Shown piece after piece: positions 31,688-41,226 of a stretch of DNA of 64,000 nucleotides. The notes under the pieces are model-generated. The model did not search any database. It was given only the letters and a program-made list of their open reading frames with translations, and had not been told where the DNA came from. How positions within the stretch are numbered: position 1 is the stretch's first letter; every line of letters starts with the position of its first letter. The stretch comes from Candidatus Bathyarchaeota archaeon. Its GTDB lineage: Archaea; Thermoproteota; Bathyarchaeia; TCS64. The translations under genes were made by a program, and so were the position numbers. The DNA lies in contig CAVYLP010000004.1 of the NCBI GenBank assembly GCA_963769425.1, positions 128,001-192,000 of the forward strand, given 5' to 3'.

Positions 31688-33024
31688 CTACAGCTTCTCT
31701 CTCAGCACCTCGACGGCTCTGTCGACCTGTTCGACACTTGTGCCAATGTAGGTGTGGGGGTTAAGCCACTCGTCCATCTCTGCGGGGGTGATGAGGTGGG
31801 TTGCCTCCTTATCCTCCTCCATGACCTGCCTGAGGGGGCGCTTCTCCGCCCACGCCTTGAGGGCTAGACGACGCATGAGTTCGTGCCCATCTTGTCGACC
31901 TACACCCTTCGAGACGAGCTCGATCATCACCCTCTCAGTCAGTATGAGCCCAAGCGTCATGTTCAGGTTCCTCTCGATGTTGTCAGAGTCGAAGCTGAGG
32001 CCTTTTATTATCCCCGTCATCTGGCGAAGGATGTAATCGGTGAGTATGAAGCCCTCGGGGATGTTGATCCTCTCCATCCCGCTGTTGCTGATGTCACGCT
32101 CATGCTCAAGCGCAATCGATTCGAGGCTCGCGTTCACGCTCCCCCTGACGATCCGGGCGAGGCCACAGATACGCTCCGTGTTGCTCGGGTTCAACTTCTG
32201 AGGCATCGTGCTGCTCGGACTCCGGACGGGTTCAGATATCTCCGCTATCTCCGTCCGCTGCAGGTTCCTGAGCTCCCGCCCCATCTTGTCCATCGTCCCT
32301 GCAATGAGGGCGAGCAGACACTGCAGCTCAGCGTGGCGGTCCCTCTGGATTATCTGGTTCGTGATGAGGGCTGGCTCAAGCTTGAGCCTCTCCATGGTGA
32401 GTCTCTGTATCTCGAAGCCCTTCTCCCCGAAGCTCGCCATCGTACCGACCGCGCCGCTCATCTTCCCCACCTCGACCCTCTTCCTAGTCTCGGCTAATCG
32501 GTCCAAGTGGCGCGCTACCTCCGAGGCCCAGAGGGCGAATTTCATACCGTACGTCGTCGGGAGCGCGTGCTGTCCATGCGTCCGACCGATGCAGACGGTT
32601 TCCCTGTGCTCCACCGCCTTGTCGAGGAGCACCTTCAGGAGCGCCTTGAGGTCACCCTCGATGATGTCCATGGCCCTTCGAAGCTGGAGGGCGAGCGCTG
32701 TGTCCTCCGTGTCGTAGCTCGTAGCCCCTAGGTGGATGTAGCCGCCCGCGTCCCCCTCGCATACCTCCTGGAGCGCGTACACCATTGCGAGGAGGTCGTG
32801 CTTCGTCTTCTCCTCAATCTCCTTGCACCGCTCTACCTTGACGACTCCGACCTTCGCCTTGCTCTCGATCTCAACGGCGCAGTGCCTCGGGATTGTGCCC
32901 AGCTCAGCGTGCGCCCACGCCAGCGCGACCTCCACGTCGAGCCAACTCTGCAGCTTCGCCTCCTCGGTGAAGACTCGTACATCTCGTGGTACCTGTACCG
33001 GAACTCAATGGGGTGGACGGGCAA
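31688..33024 (-). CDS. purB: Adenylosuccinate lyase (frameshift near 32975)
   Basis: MPVHPIEFRY, IHLGATSYD, GRTHGQHA, SSTMPQKLNP, HERD. Confidence 0.92.
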
Positions 33025-33134
33025 AGCGATCAGCTAAAGGTGGCGGCTTTCGGCGGATAAGTGTTGAGACCCAGCCATACGGACACGTCCAAAATCTTAT
33101 GCACCACCGTTAGAGAGGATACCCCTGAACGACC

Positions 33135-33551
33135 ATGATGAAGGACCTCAAGGTAACCCTGGAGAACCGACCCGGGACGCTGGCCGACCTCAGTGAGGCG
33201 CTCGGAGACGCTGGGGTCAACATCGAGGGTATCTGCGGCTTCGCCCGTGAGGTTAAGGGGAGCGAGGACCGCGAGTTCGTGACACACGTAGCCCACATAC
33301 TCGTCGACGACGCCACCAACGCCAAGAGGGCACTCAAGGCCGCGGGAATTAAGATCGAGGAGGAGCGCGAGGCTGTCGTTATAGACATGAAGGACCGCCC
33401 AAGCGAGCTCGCAGCCGTTGCCCGCCGTATGGCGGATTCCGGAGTAAACATAGAGTTCTTCTACACCGCGACCCGCACACGCATGGTACTCGGCGTATCA
33501 GACACAGAGAAGGCTTGCAAGCTCCTCGACGTCAAGTATGCCCCCGCGTAG
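33135..33551 (+). CDS. Tandem ACT-domain protein
   Basis: ENRPGTLADL..AL.DAGVNI; DRPSELA.V...ADSGVNIE. Confidence 0.85.
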   Translation: MMKDLKVTLENRPGTLADLSEALGDAGVNIEGICGFAREVKGSEDREFVTHVAHILVDDATNAKRALKAAGIKIEEEREAVVIDMKDRPSELAAVARRMADSGVNIEFFYTATRTRMVLGVSDTEKACKLLDVKYAPA

Positions 33552-33618
33552 CCTCGCGGACCTACCCTTTTATACCACCACCAACAGCGTAATTTCAGCA
33601 AAAAGCGGGGATACTTCG

Positions 33619-34416
33619 TTGAGTGTCGGTCTTAACATCGTCATTTGCATAAAGCAGGTCCCTGAGACCACCGAGGTGGAGTTCGACAAGGAAACTGGCC
33701 GCCTCAAGCGCGAGGGCGTCGCGGCGGTTATCAACCCCTTCGACGAGTTCGCCATAGAGACCGGTCTACGCCTAAGGGAGAAGAACGGCGGCCGCGTCAA
33801 GGCGATAAGCATGGGCCCACCCATGGCCGAGCAGGCGCTACGCGACGCCATCGCCATGGGCTGCGACGAAGGCTGGCTAGTAAGCGACCGTGTCTTCGGC
33901 GGAGCAGACACCTGGGCAACGAGCCTCACACTAGCCAAGAGCATCCAGCTCACCGGCCCCCACGACATAATCATCTGCGGCCTCAAGACCACCGACGGAG
34001 ACACCGGTCAGGTAGGCCCTGAGATGGCGGAGCACCTCGGAGAGCCCTGCATAAGCTATGTCAGTCAGATACTCGACGTAAAAGACGGAAAAGTCACACT
34101 GAAGAGGAACCTTGACGATGGGGTCGAGACGCTGGAGGCGCCCCTTCCTCTGATTATCACCGTTAGCAAGGATGTGGGGCAGCCCCGCCTCGCAACCCTC
34201 CGCGGCAGACTCGCCGCAAAGAAGGCCACAATCAAGACCATCACAAACAAGGAGATGGCGATGAACCCCAAGGAGCTCGGCCTAGACGGCAGCTACACGC
34301 GTGTTACCAAGATATTCACGCCAGAACCCCACGCCGGGGGCGAGGTGATAGAGGGCACACCCGATCAACTCGCAGACGCCATATACCAGAAGCTCAAGGA
34401 GGCCAAGATAGTATGA
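33619..34416 (+). CDS. etfB: Electron transfer flavoprotein beta subunit
   Basis: VICIKQVP, INPFD, MGPP, GADT, DGDTGQVGP; TTG start at 33619. Confidence 0.92.
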   Translation: MSVGLNIVICIKQVPETTEVEFDKETGRLKREGVAAVINPFDEFAIETGLRLREKNGGRVKAISMGPPMAEQALRDAIAMGCDEGWLVSDRVFGGADTWATSLTLAKSIQLTGPHDIIICGLKTTDGDTGQVGPEMAEHLGEPCISYVSQILDVKDGKVTLKRNLDDGVETLEAPLPLIITVSKDVGQPRLATLRGRLAAKKATIKTITNKEMAMNPKELGLDGSYTRVTKIFTPEPHAGGEVIEGTPDQLADAIYQKLKEAKIV

Positions 34417-35612
34417 GCAAGCTGGTGAACGTAGGCGACGCCTGCACCGGCTGCGAGGTCTGCGTCTCCGCCTGCCCATTCGGCGCAATCACAATCGTCG
34501 GCGGCAAGGCACAGATCAGCGACGCCTGCAGAGTCTGCGGAGCCTGCGAGCCCGCCTGCCCCATGAAGGCAATCACAATCAAGAAATCAGATGCCCCCCA
34601 GAACTTCGCTGACTGGCGCGGTGTCCTCGTCTACGCCGAGCAACGCGAGGGCATGGTCCACCCAGTCGCCTACGAGCTACTTGGAAGGGGCAAGGAACTC
34701 GCGACAACCCTCGGGGAACCCGTATACGCCATCGTCATAGGTACCGGCCTAGACAGGGCCGCGGAGGAGTTGGTTAAACGCGGCGCGGACAAGGTCCTCG
34801 TCTACGACCACCCAAGCCTCGCCACATACCGCGACGACCCCTACTCCCAGATACTCACGGAGGCCACAAAGGAACTTAAGCCCAGCATCTTCCTCATCGG
34901 CGCAACATCCATAGGCAGAACGTTAGGCCCACGCGTCGCCGCCATGCTCAGGACCGGACTAACCGCCGACTGCACCAGCCTCGACATCGACCCGCAGATG
35001 AAGGTACTCCTCCAGACCCGCCCTGCATACGGCGGAAACATCATGGCCACCATTTACACCCAGAACAGTCGCCCACAGATGGCCACCGTCCGCTACAAGG
35101 TCATGACCGAGGCCAAGATCGACCCCGCCCACATCGGCGAGGTAGTTAAGAAGCAGGTCGACCCAGCGAGACTGCAGGACCGCGTCAAAGTCCTCGGCTT
35201 CGAGGCGGCGAAGGAGCAGGTGAGCATCGTGGACGCAGACGTGGTCGTCAGCGGCGGCAAGGGCCTCGGTGAGCCGAAGGGCTTCGAGCTCATCAAGCAG
35301 CTCGCCGACGCGCTCGGTGGCGCCGTTGGCGCGAGTCGCCCAACCGTCGATGAGGGGTGGATTGAGTACAGGCACCAGGTAGGTCTCAGCGGCCGCACCG
35401 TCCGGCCCAAGCTCTACGTGGCCTGCGGCATCAGCGGGGCTGTCCAGCATCAGGCTGGCATGAAGACGAGCGATGTGATCATCGCCATAAACAAGGACAG
35501 AGAGGCCCCCATATGCAGGATAAGCACCCTCGCCGCAGTCGGTGACCTTTATGAGGTGGTGCCGCGCCTCATAGAGAAGATTAAGGAGCAGAAAGTCCGT
35601 GGCACACCCTAG
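34413..35612 (+). CDS. etfA: Electron transfer flavoprotein alpha subunit with N-terminal 2x[4Fe-4S] domain
   Basis: CTGCEVCVSACP, CRVCGACEPACP; TGLTADC, GASRP, QVGLSG, GISGAVQH. Confidence 0.92.
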   Translation: MSKLVNVGDACTGCEVCVSACPFGAITIVGGKAQISDACRVCGACEPACPMKAITIKKSDAPQNFADWRGVLVYAEQREGMVHPVAYELLGRGKELATTLGEPVYAIVIGTGLDRAAEELVKRGADKVLVYDHPSLATYRDDPYSQILTEATKELKPSIFLIGATSIGRTLGPRVAAMLRTGLTADCTSLDIDPQMKVLLQTRPAYGGNIMATIYTQNSRPQMATVRYKVMTEAKIDPAHIGEVVKKQVDPARLQDRVKVLGFEAAKEQVSIVDADVVVSGGKGLGEPKGFELIKQLADALGGAVGASRPTVDEGWIEYRHQVGLSGRTVRPKLYVACGISGAVQHQAGMKTSDVIIAINKDREAPICRISTLAAVGDLYEVVPRLIEKIKEQKVRGTP

Positions 35613-36993
35613 GATCGACGAGGAAATCAAACACGCTCTAGAAGCCATCGTTGGCGCCAAGAACGTCTCATTCTCAAAGGACGACATCGAGAAGGCCTCA
35701 GTGGACGAAAGTCCCCTTGAGCCACACCCACCAGAAGTTGTCGTGAAACCAATCACCAGTGCTGAAGTCTCCGAGATTATGAGGCTCGCCAACGAGAAGT
35801 TAATTCCAGTCGTCGCGCAGGGCAGCCGAACCGGCCTCGCAGGCGCAAGCCACCCCATCCGCGGAGGCATCGCACTCAGCCTCGAGCGCATGAATAGGAT
35901 TCTAGAGATCGACGAGGAGAACCTCATGGCGGTTGTGGAACCCGCAGTGCTAGTAGACGACGTTCACAAAGCGGTGGAGAAGGTAGGCCTATACTACCCC
36001 CCTGATCCGGGGCAGGAGTCTGGGAGCATCGGGGGTAACATAAACACAAACGCCGGTGGGATGCGCGCCCTCAAGTATGGTACAACCCGCGACTACGTCC
36101 AGGCACTAGAGATTGTGCTCCCCAACGGGGAAGTCATCAACGTCGGCGGCAAGGTGGTCAAGGACACCACTGGATACAGTCTCCTCGACTTAATCGTGGG
36201 CTCAGAGGGCACGCTAGGTATCGTGACCAAGGCGACGCTCCGCCTCGTCCCGAAGCCAAAGTACACCGCCCTCATCTACGCCCCGTTCGACTCGACACAC
36301 GACGCCGCCAAGGCCGTCAGCGAAGTCATCCGTAAAAAGGTCCAGCCCTTCGCACTCGAGCTGATGAGCAGACACGCCGTCGAGACCGTCGAGCGCTACT
36401 TAGAGCGAAAGCTCCCCGATGACACCCACCCCGCCTACCTGATAGTCGGCGTCGAGTCAAACAGCGAGGCAGAGCTGGGAACCCAGCTTGAGACGGCTGG
36501 GGAGGTCTGCATCGAAAACGGAGCTGTGGACGCCTACATTGCAGACACGGCGGAGAAGCAGCGCCAGATGTGGGAGGCGCGGAAGGCTGTCTACGACGCT
36601 TATAATACCCTTTATGAGGTGGACGAGGCGGACATCTGCGTCCCGAGGAGCTCTATCCCCGCCTTTATGGACCGCCTCGACGAGATCGGTGCACGGCACG
36701 GTGTGCAGATAATCCCCGTAGGCCACGCGGGGGACGGCAACATCCACTGCAACGTCATCCGCCTCGGCGGCACCGACGAGAAGTGGCACGAGGAGCTGGA
36801 GGCCACTATCAGCGACCTCATTGACCTCGGGCTCAGCATGGGCGGGACAGTCAGCGGGGAGCACGGCCTCGGCTACACGAAGCGCCTCTACCTCGTCAAG
36901 AAGGTGGGCGCGAAGCAGATAGAGTTGATGAAGGGGATAAAGAGGGTCTTCGACCCCAATGGCATCCTCAATCCAGACAAGATCTGGGGCTGA
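35599..36993 (+). CDS. FAD-linked 2-hydroxyacid oxidoreductase (GlcD/LctD-like)
   Basis: YPPDPG, GGNINTNAGG..ALKYG, GSEGTLG, GHAGDGNIH, GEHGLG, FDPNGILNP. Confidence 0.9.
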   Translation: MAHPRIDEEIKHALEAIVGAKNVSFSKDDIEKASVDESPLEPHPPEVVVKPITSAEVSEIMRLANEKLIPVVAQGSRTGLAGASHPIRGGIALSLERMNRILEIDEENLMAVVEPAVLVDDVHKAVEKVGLYYPPDPGQESGSIGGNINTNAGGMRALKYGTTRDYVQALEIVLPNGEVINVGGKVVKDTTGYSLLDLIVGSEGTLGIVTKATLRLVPKPKYTALIYAPFDSTHDAAKAVSEVIRKKVQPFALELMSRHAVETVERYLERKLPDDTHPAYLIVGVESNSEAELGTQLETAGEVCIENGAVDAYIADTAEKQRQMWEARKAVYDAYNTLYEVDEADICVPRSSIPAFMDRLDEIGARHGVQIIPVGHAGDGNIHCNVIRLGGTDEKWHEELEATISDLIDLGLSMGGTVSGEHGLGYTKRLYLVKKVGAKQIELMKGIKRVFDPNGILNPDKIWG

Positions 36994-37042
36994 CCCTACC
37001 GATAGTTTAAAGATTTCTCACACTCATCTCCACCTGATTCAA

Positions 37043-37195
37043 TTGTCTGGTCTCGACGTACAGGGTGAGATCGTTCAACTCAGGGAGAGGGTGACGCGGC
37101 TTGAGACGCGCCTCGACGAGTTGGTGAAGAAGATGGACGCGTTGTCCGCGTACCAGAGGCAGCTGTACGACTACCTTCAGAGCCAGCGAAGGTAG
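37043..37195 (+). CDS. Small coiled-coil protein (50 aa)
   Basis: Heptad pattern LRERVTRLETRLDELVKKMDAL; TTG start after a TTTAAA box. Confidence 0.55.
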   Translation: MSGLDVQGEIVQLRERVTRLETRLDELVKKMDALSAYQRQLYDYLQSQRR

Positions 37196-37615
37196 CTAGA
37201 CCGGTGGCGGTGGGGGTGGCGGGGAGACCTCAGCTGACGCCCTCCCCGTGAACCAGTTGACAACGTTTGGTCTTGTTAGGTAGTAGATTATCGCGCCGTC
37301 TATTACAACAAACACTATCCCAATCGGAAGTGTGGCGAGTCCACTCAGCACGCCGAGTGCTGAGACGATGATTCCAATCCACCTTGCCCAATTCTTGCCT
37401 GTTAACAATCCCCAGGCGATGACGAAGGTTATAATTGCGAGGACGATGAACACACCGCTCGCTACGCCGCTAATCGCAGTATACATCTCGCCGTAAGCGG
37501 CGAAGTATGGGGCCAGAGCCACAAAGCTGACTCCACCGAGTAGATAGAATAAACCCGCGATGATCTCAAGCGCCGCTATGATCGTTACACTCATCGGTCT
37601 TTGACCCATAACCAA
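37196..37615 (-). CDS. Membrane protein
   Basis: RP.SVTIIA, GL..GKNWA, IIYYLTRPNV; Pro-rich tail. Confidence 0.75.
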   Translation of the reverse strand: MVMGQRPMSVTIIAALEIIAGLFYLLGGVSFVALAPYFAAYGEMYTAISGVASGVFIVLAIITFVIAWGLLTGKNWARWIGIIVSALGVLSGLATLPIGIVFVVIDGAIIYYLTRPNVVNWFTGRASAEVSPPPPPPPV

Positions 37616-37703
37616 TCACAATTCACCAGCTTTACTTCAATTGAATTATATATATAACATTTAGACTCGGAGGATGAGGGTGATGTGGACCTCCGGGTCG
37701 CAC

Positions 37704-38117
37704 TCAGTATTCGCGGTAAGCCTCGGCGAGTGGGTGGCCGATGTTGGTCAGCGTGAAGCTCTTGTACCACCCGAAGGGGCTCCTGTGGGCCTCGAAGCCC
37801 TCCGTCTGGAGCGCCTCCTGCAGCTTCTTCAGGAACTCCTTGGCGAGGCGGGGGGAGCCGAGCTGTTTGCTCAGGTGCGCGTATGGGTGAATGAGGACCC
37901 GCTTCGTCCCTATCCTCCCAGTGTCTACCTTGATGTTCTCCACGTACGCCTTCATGATCTCCTCCATCTTCGTCTCGTCTTGCTTCTCAAAGCACGTGAG
38001 GCAGACGAGGACGTTCTCAAGGCTCTCTGCCTTAGGGTTCGGGGGTTGCTCGGCGACAGGAGTCTCCTTCTTAACCTCGTAGCTGAAGTTACTGCAGTGT
38101 AGCTGGAGGACTCTCAT
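37704..38117 (-). CDS. Free-standing archaeal ThrRS editing domain
   Basis: MRVLQLHC..F.Y, HPYAHLS..L, RSPFGWYKSF....GHPLAE. Confidence 0.88.
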   Translation of the reverse strand: MRVLQLHCSNFSYEVKKETPVAEQPPNPKAESLENVLVCLTCFEKQDETKMEEIMKAYVENIKVDTGRIGTKRVLIHPYAHLSKQLGSPRLAKEFLKKLQEALQTEGFEAHRSPFGWYKSFTLTNIGHPLAEAYREY

Positions 38118-38191
38118 AGCTGGTGAGCGGCGCAACGAAGTTTTAAGCCGTTTGCTCAACACCGGTGGAGATATCACGAAAAAGTATTTGG

Positions 38192-39955
38192 TTATTCTCG
38201 GCGAAGGACCTTGCCAGGGGTCGCGCTAGTGTGTTTCGCCTTCGCTACAACGAGTTTGCCGTTCACAACGACATACTCGATCCCCTTCGGGTAGACACGT
38301 GGGTTGAGTGAGGTTCCGCAATCGGTGATCGTATCGAGGTTGAATATTGTGATGTCGGCGTAGGCGCCTTCCTTGAGTATGCCGCGGTCCTTGAGCCTGA
38401 ACTTGTTAGCTGGTAGGCTCGTTATCTTTCGGATCGCCTCCTCGAGGGTGACTATCTTTGCCTCGCGTACGCAGGTGCGGAGATAGCGGGGGTGGCCTCC
38501 AAAGGTGTTCTCGTTCGGGAGGATGCCTGGGGGTGTCTTTATCTCCCACTTGTCGTCGATGCCAAAGGTGTCCACCCCGATCATGGCTGCTGGGTGCTTG
38601 ACAAGCATCATGAAGCCGGGTACGCCCCCCGCCATGTTCGCCCTCGTGTGGGGGTCGACGCGGAGCACCTCCATGAGGGCGTCGAGGTCCCCAACCTTGA
38701 GTTCCTCCGCTATCTGGGCTATGGTCTTGCCCGTGAATGTCTTCTCCTTGCACTCGGCGACGATGGGACCCATCGCCCAGTTGGGGATGAGGTTTGGGTT
38801 GAGGTTGTACCACTTGCCCGACATGATTGTTGCTTTGATCTCCTCTCTGAGGGCGGGCATAGCGAGGGCTTTACCTAATTGATCGAGGCTCCCCGCGATC
38901 CTCAACCACGGCATCAGCGCCGATGCGAGGTAAGGAGTGGAGTAGATGCCGCCGGTGGTGTTTGGGATGAGGTCGAAGTTCACATCAAGTCCCTCACCAC
39001 GTGCGTCATCAATCGCCTTGAGAGTGGCTTTCGCCGACGCCTCCGCCATCTCCCTGTTACCCGGGGGGTATACGTCATAGAGTGGGCTGAGGTGGCTCAC
39101 CTCGACTGGTATCTTCGCCCTCCTCCCCACGTCGATAGCCTCTAGGACTCCCCCGATCTTCGGCGGGGAGGGTTCGCCTGGGCGCCTCTCCTCTCTTAGC
39201 CCGGTGCGGAGGCTGTGGCTCGTGTAGATACCGCCGTACCTCGCAGCGATCTCAGCGCAGGCGACCAGCTCCGAGGTCTCCGCCCAGTAGCCGGGATTGT
39301 AGTCCCTGCCGACGCTGAGACCCCTGCAGCCGTCCTCCATCGCGCGGGCGACATGCTCTAGCATCACGGTGGTCTCCTTCTTCGTTGCCTTCCGGCGGTA
39401 GTCCCTTCCCATTACGAGGTACCGGATGTCGCCGTGGCCGGCTATTGGGACGAGGTTCGCGGATGTCCCCTTCGCCGCAACGCGCTCCATCCACTCGCCG
39501 AGGGTCCTCCAGTCTATCTCCCAGCCGTATACCTCCTTGTGCAGCTCGTTGACCTTGTCGAGGGGCTGCAGGTGCTCACCATAGTACATGTCGGGGGCGA
39601 TGCGCCAGTAGAGGTCGTATAGGAAGTAGGCGGCGTCGATGTAGTCCCCGTAGGGGCCGGGGCTTGTACCGCAGTTGCCGCCGACGAAGGTTGTCACCCC
39701 TTGTCGGACCCAGCTCTCCGCCTTGGGGTAGTAGAGGATGCTGCAGTCGCCGTGGTTGTGGGCGTCTATGAAGCCGGGGGAGACGACGAGGCCTCTGGCG
39801 TCGACCACCTCCTTGGCGTCGACCCTGAGGTCCCCCTCAACCCTGCCAACGGCCTGTATCCTCTCACCGCTCACCGCGACTGCCCCCTCGAAGGAGGGTG
39901 CGCCGGTACCGTCAACGATCCTCGCATTCTTGATCAGGAGATCGCACTCGGGCAT
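38192..39955 (-). CDS. N-acyl-D-amino-acid deacylase (D-aminoacylase)
   Basis: VDGTGAP, PGFIDAHNH, GVTT.V.GNCG, EEAIRKITSLPA, RG.LKEG.YAD. Confidence 0.88.
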   Translation of the reverse strand: MPECDLLIKNARIVDGTGAPSFEGAVAVSGERIQAVGRVEGDLRVDAKEVVDARGLVVSPGFIDAHNHGDCSILYYPKAESWVRQGVTTFVGGNCGTSPGPYGDYIDAAYFLYDLYWRIAPDMYYGEHLQPLDKVNELHKEVYGWEIDWRTLGEWMERVAAKGTSANLVPIAGHGDIRYLVMGRDYRRKATKKETTVMLEHVARAMEDGCRGLSVGRDYNPGYWAETSELVACAEIAARYGGIYTSHSLRTGLREERRPGEPSPPKIGGVLEAIDVGRRAKIPVEVSHLSPLYDVYPPGNREMAEASAKATLKAIDDARGEGLDVNFDLIPNTTGGIYSTPYLASALMPWLRIAGSLDQLGKALAMPALREEIKATIMSGKWYNLNPNLIPNWAMGPIVAECKEKTFTGKTIAQIAEELKVGDLDALMEVLRVDPHTRANMAGGVPGFMMLVKHPAAMIGVDTFGIDDKWEIKTPPGILPNENTFGGHPRYLRTCVREAKIVTLEEAIRKITSLPANKFRLKDRGILKEGAYADITIFNLDTITDCGTSLNPRVYPKGIEYVVVNGKLVVAKAKHTSATPGKVLRRE

Positions 39956-40002
39956 GACCCATCGGTGAAGAGTAGTTCTTTGGGGTTAAGAAGCTGCGGA
40001 CC

Positions 40003-41163
40003 TCAGAGCGCCATTCGGTAGAGAGCGACTATCTCCTCGGGGGTAGCCCTCCGTGGGTTGTTGCCGGGGCTGCCGCTGGCGATTGCGTCGGCCGCCATCT
40101 TATCGACCACCGACTCGAACTTCGCCATGTCGATTCCGAGGCCGCGTAGGCTGGGTATCTGGAGGTCAGAGTTGAGACTCCTCACGGCGGAGACCGTTTT
40201 CTTAGCTGCCTCTTCAGTTGTGAGGCCCCCAGTCTCCTCCCCAATCGCCATCGCGATCTCCGCGTATCGGCCCGGGTTACCGGGGACGCTCCACTCGATT
40301 ACTGTGGGGAGTAGGACGGCGTTTGAGACACCGTGGGCGATGTGGAAGTAGGCTCCGATTGGGCGCGCCATGCCGTGGACGAGGGCTACGGAGGAGTTCG
40401 CGAAGGCGAGACCCGCCTGGAGCGCCCCCATGAGCATGTTGCCCCGAGCGGGAAGGTCGTCGGGGTGCTGGTACGCGTCGCGGATGTTCTTCGAGATGAG
40501 ACTGATGGCGCGGAGGGCGAGTGTGTCCGTGAGGGGCTGCGCCCGGGTAGAAACGTAGGCCTCTATGGCGTGGGTTAGGGCGTCGAGCCCCGTCGCCGCG
40601 GTTATGCTCCTCGGCATCTTCACTGTCATCATAGGATCGACTAGGGCAACCGCGGGCAATAGCCTAGGGCTGGAGATGAGCATCTTCACGTCTGTCTCGG
40701 TGTTTGTGATGATAGTGAATGGGGTGACCTCGCTCCCCGTCCCCGCAGTGGTTGGGATAGCCACGAGTGGGGTGCAGGGTCGTGGTATCTTGTTCGCCCC
40801 CATATAGTCGCTTATCCTCCCCGGGTTCGAGGAGAGAACCGCGATAGCCTTACCGGTGTCTATGGGGCTTCCGCCTCCAACGGCGACGATTAAATCGGTC
40901 GCTGACTCCTTGAACGCTCTCAAGCCTTCCTCGACGTATTCTACAGTCGGCTCGGTGACGACTTTGTCGTAGATCGAGTAACCGACTCCGGCGGCGTCGA
41001 GGGATGCCTTCACATCAGTGAGTAGCCCGATCTTCTCAAGATTCGAGTCCGTGACTATCAGAGCACGTTTTCCGAGCTGCCTTGCGTGATCTCCAACCTC
41101 CTTCGAGGCTCCGATGCCCGTGCTGATGATGTTGGGTGACCTAAATTGCCTCGCCTGACTCAT
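40003..41163 (-). CDS. Iron-containing alcohol dehydrogenase
   Basis: GGGSPIDTGK, PTTAGTGSE, DALTHAIE, VHGMA..HG. Confidence 0.92.
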   Translation of the reverse strand: MSQARQFRSPNIISTGIGASKEVGDHARQLGKRALIVTDSNLEKIGLLTDVKASLDAAGVGYSIYDKVVTEPTVEYVEEGLRAFKESATDLIVAVGGGSPIDTGKAIAVLSSNPGRISDYMGANKIPRPCTPLVAIPTTAGTGSEVTPFTIITNTETDVKMLISSPRLLPAVALVDPMMTVKMPRSITAATGLDALTHAIEAYVSTRAQPLTDTLALRAISLISKNIRDAYQHPDDLPARGNMLMGALQAGLAFANSSVALVHGMARPIGAYFHIAHGVSNAVLLPTVIEWSVPGNPGRYAEIAMAIGEETGGLTTEEAAKKTVSAVRSLNSDLQIPSLRGLGIDMAKFESVVDKMAADAIASGSPGNNPRRATPEEIVALYRMAL

Positions 41164-41226
41164 CTACTACACCTTCCTAGTCGTAACATTGCTGTGTGGT
41201 CGTTAACCTTTTTCCCCTGAGCGTGT

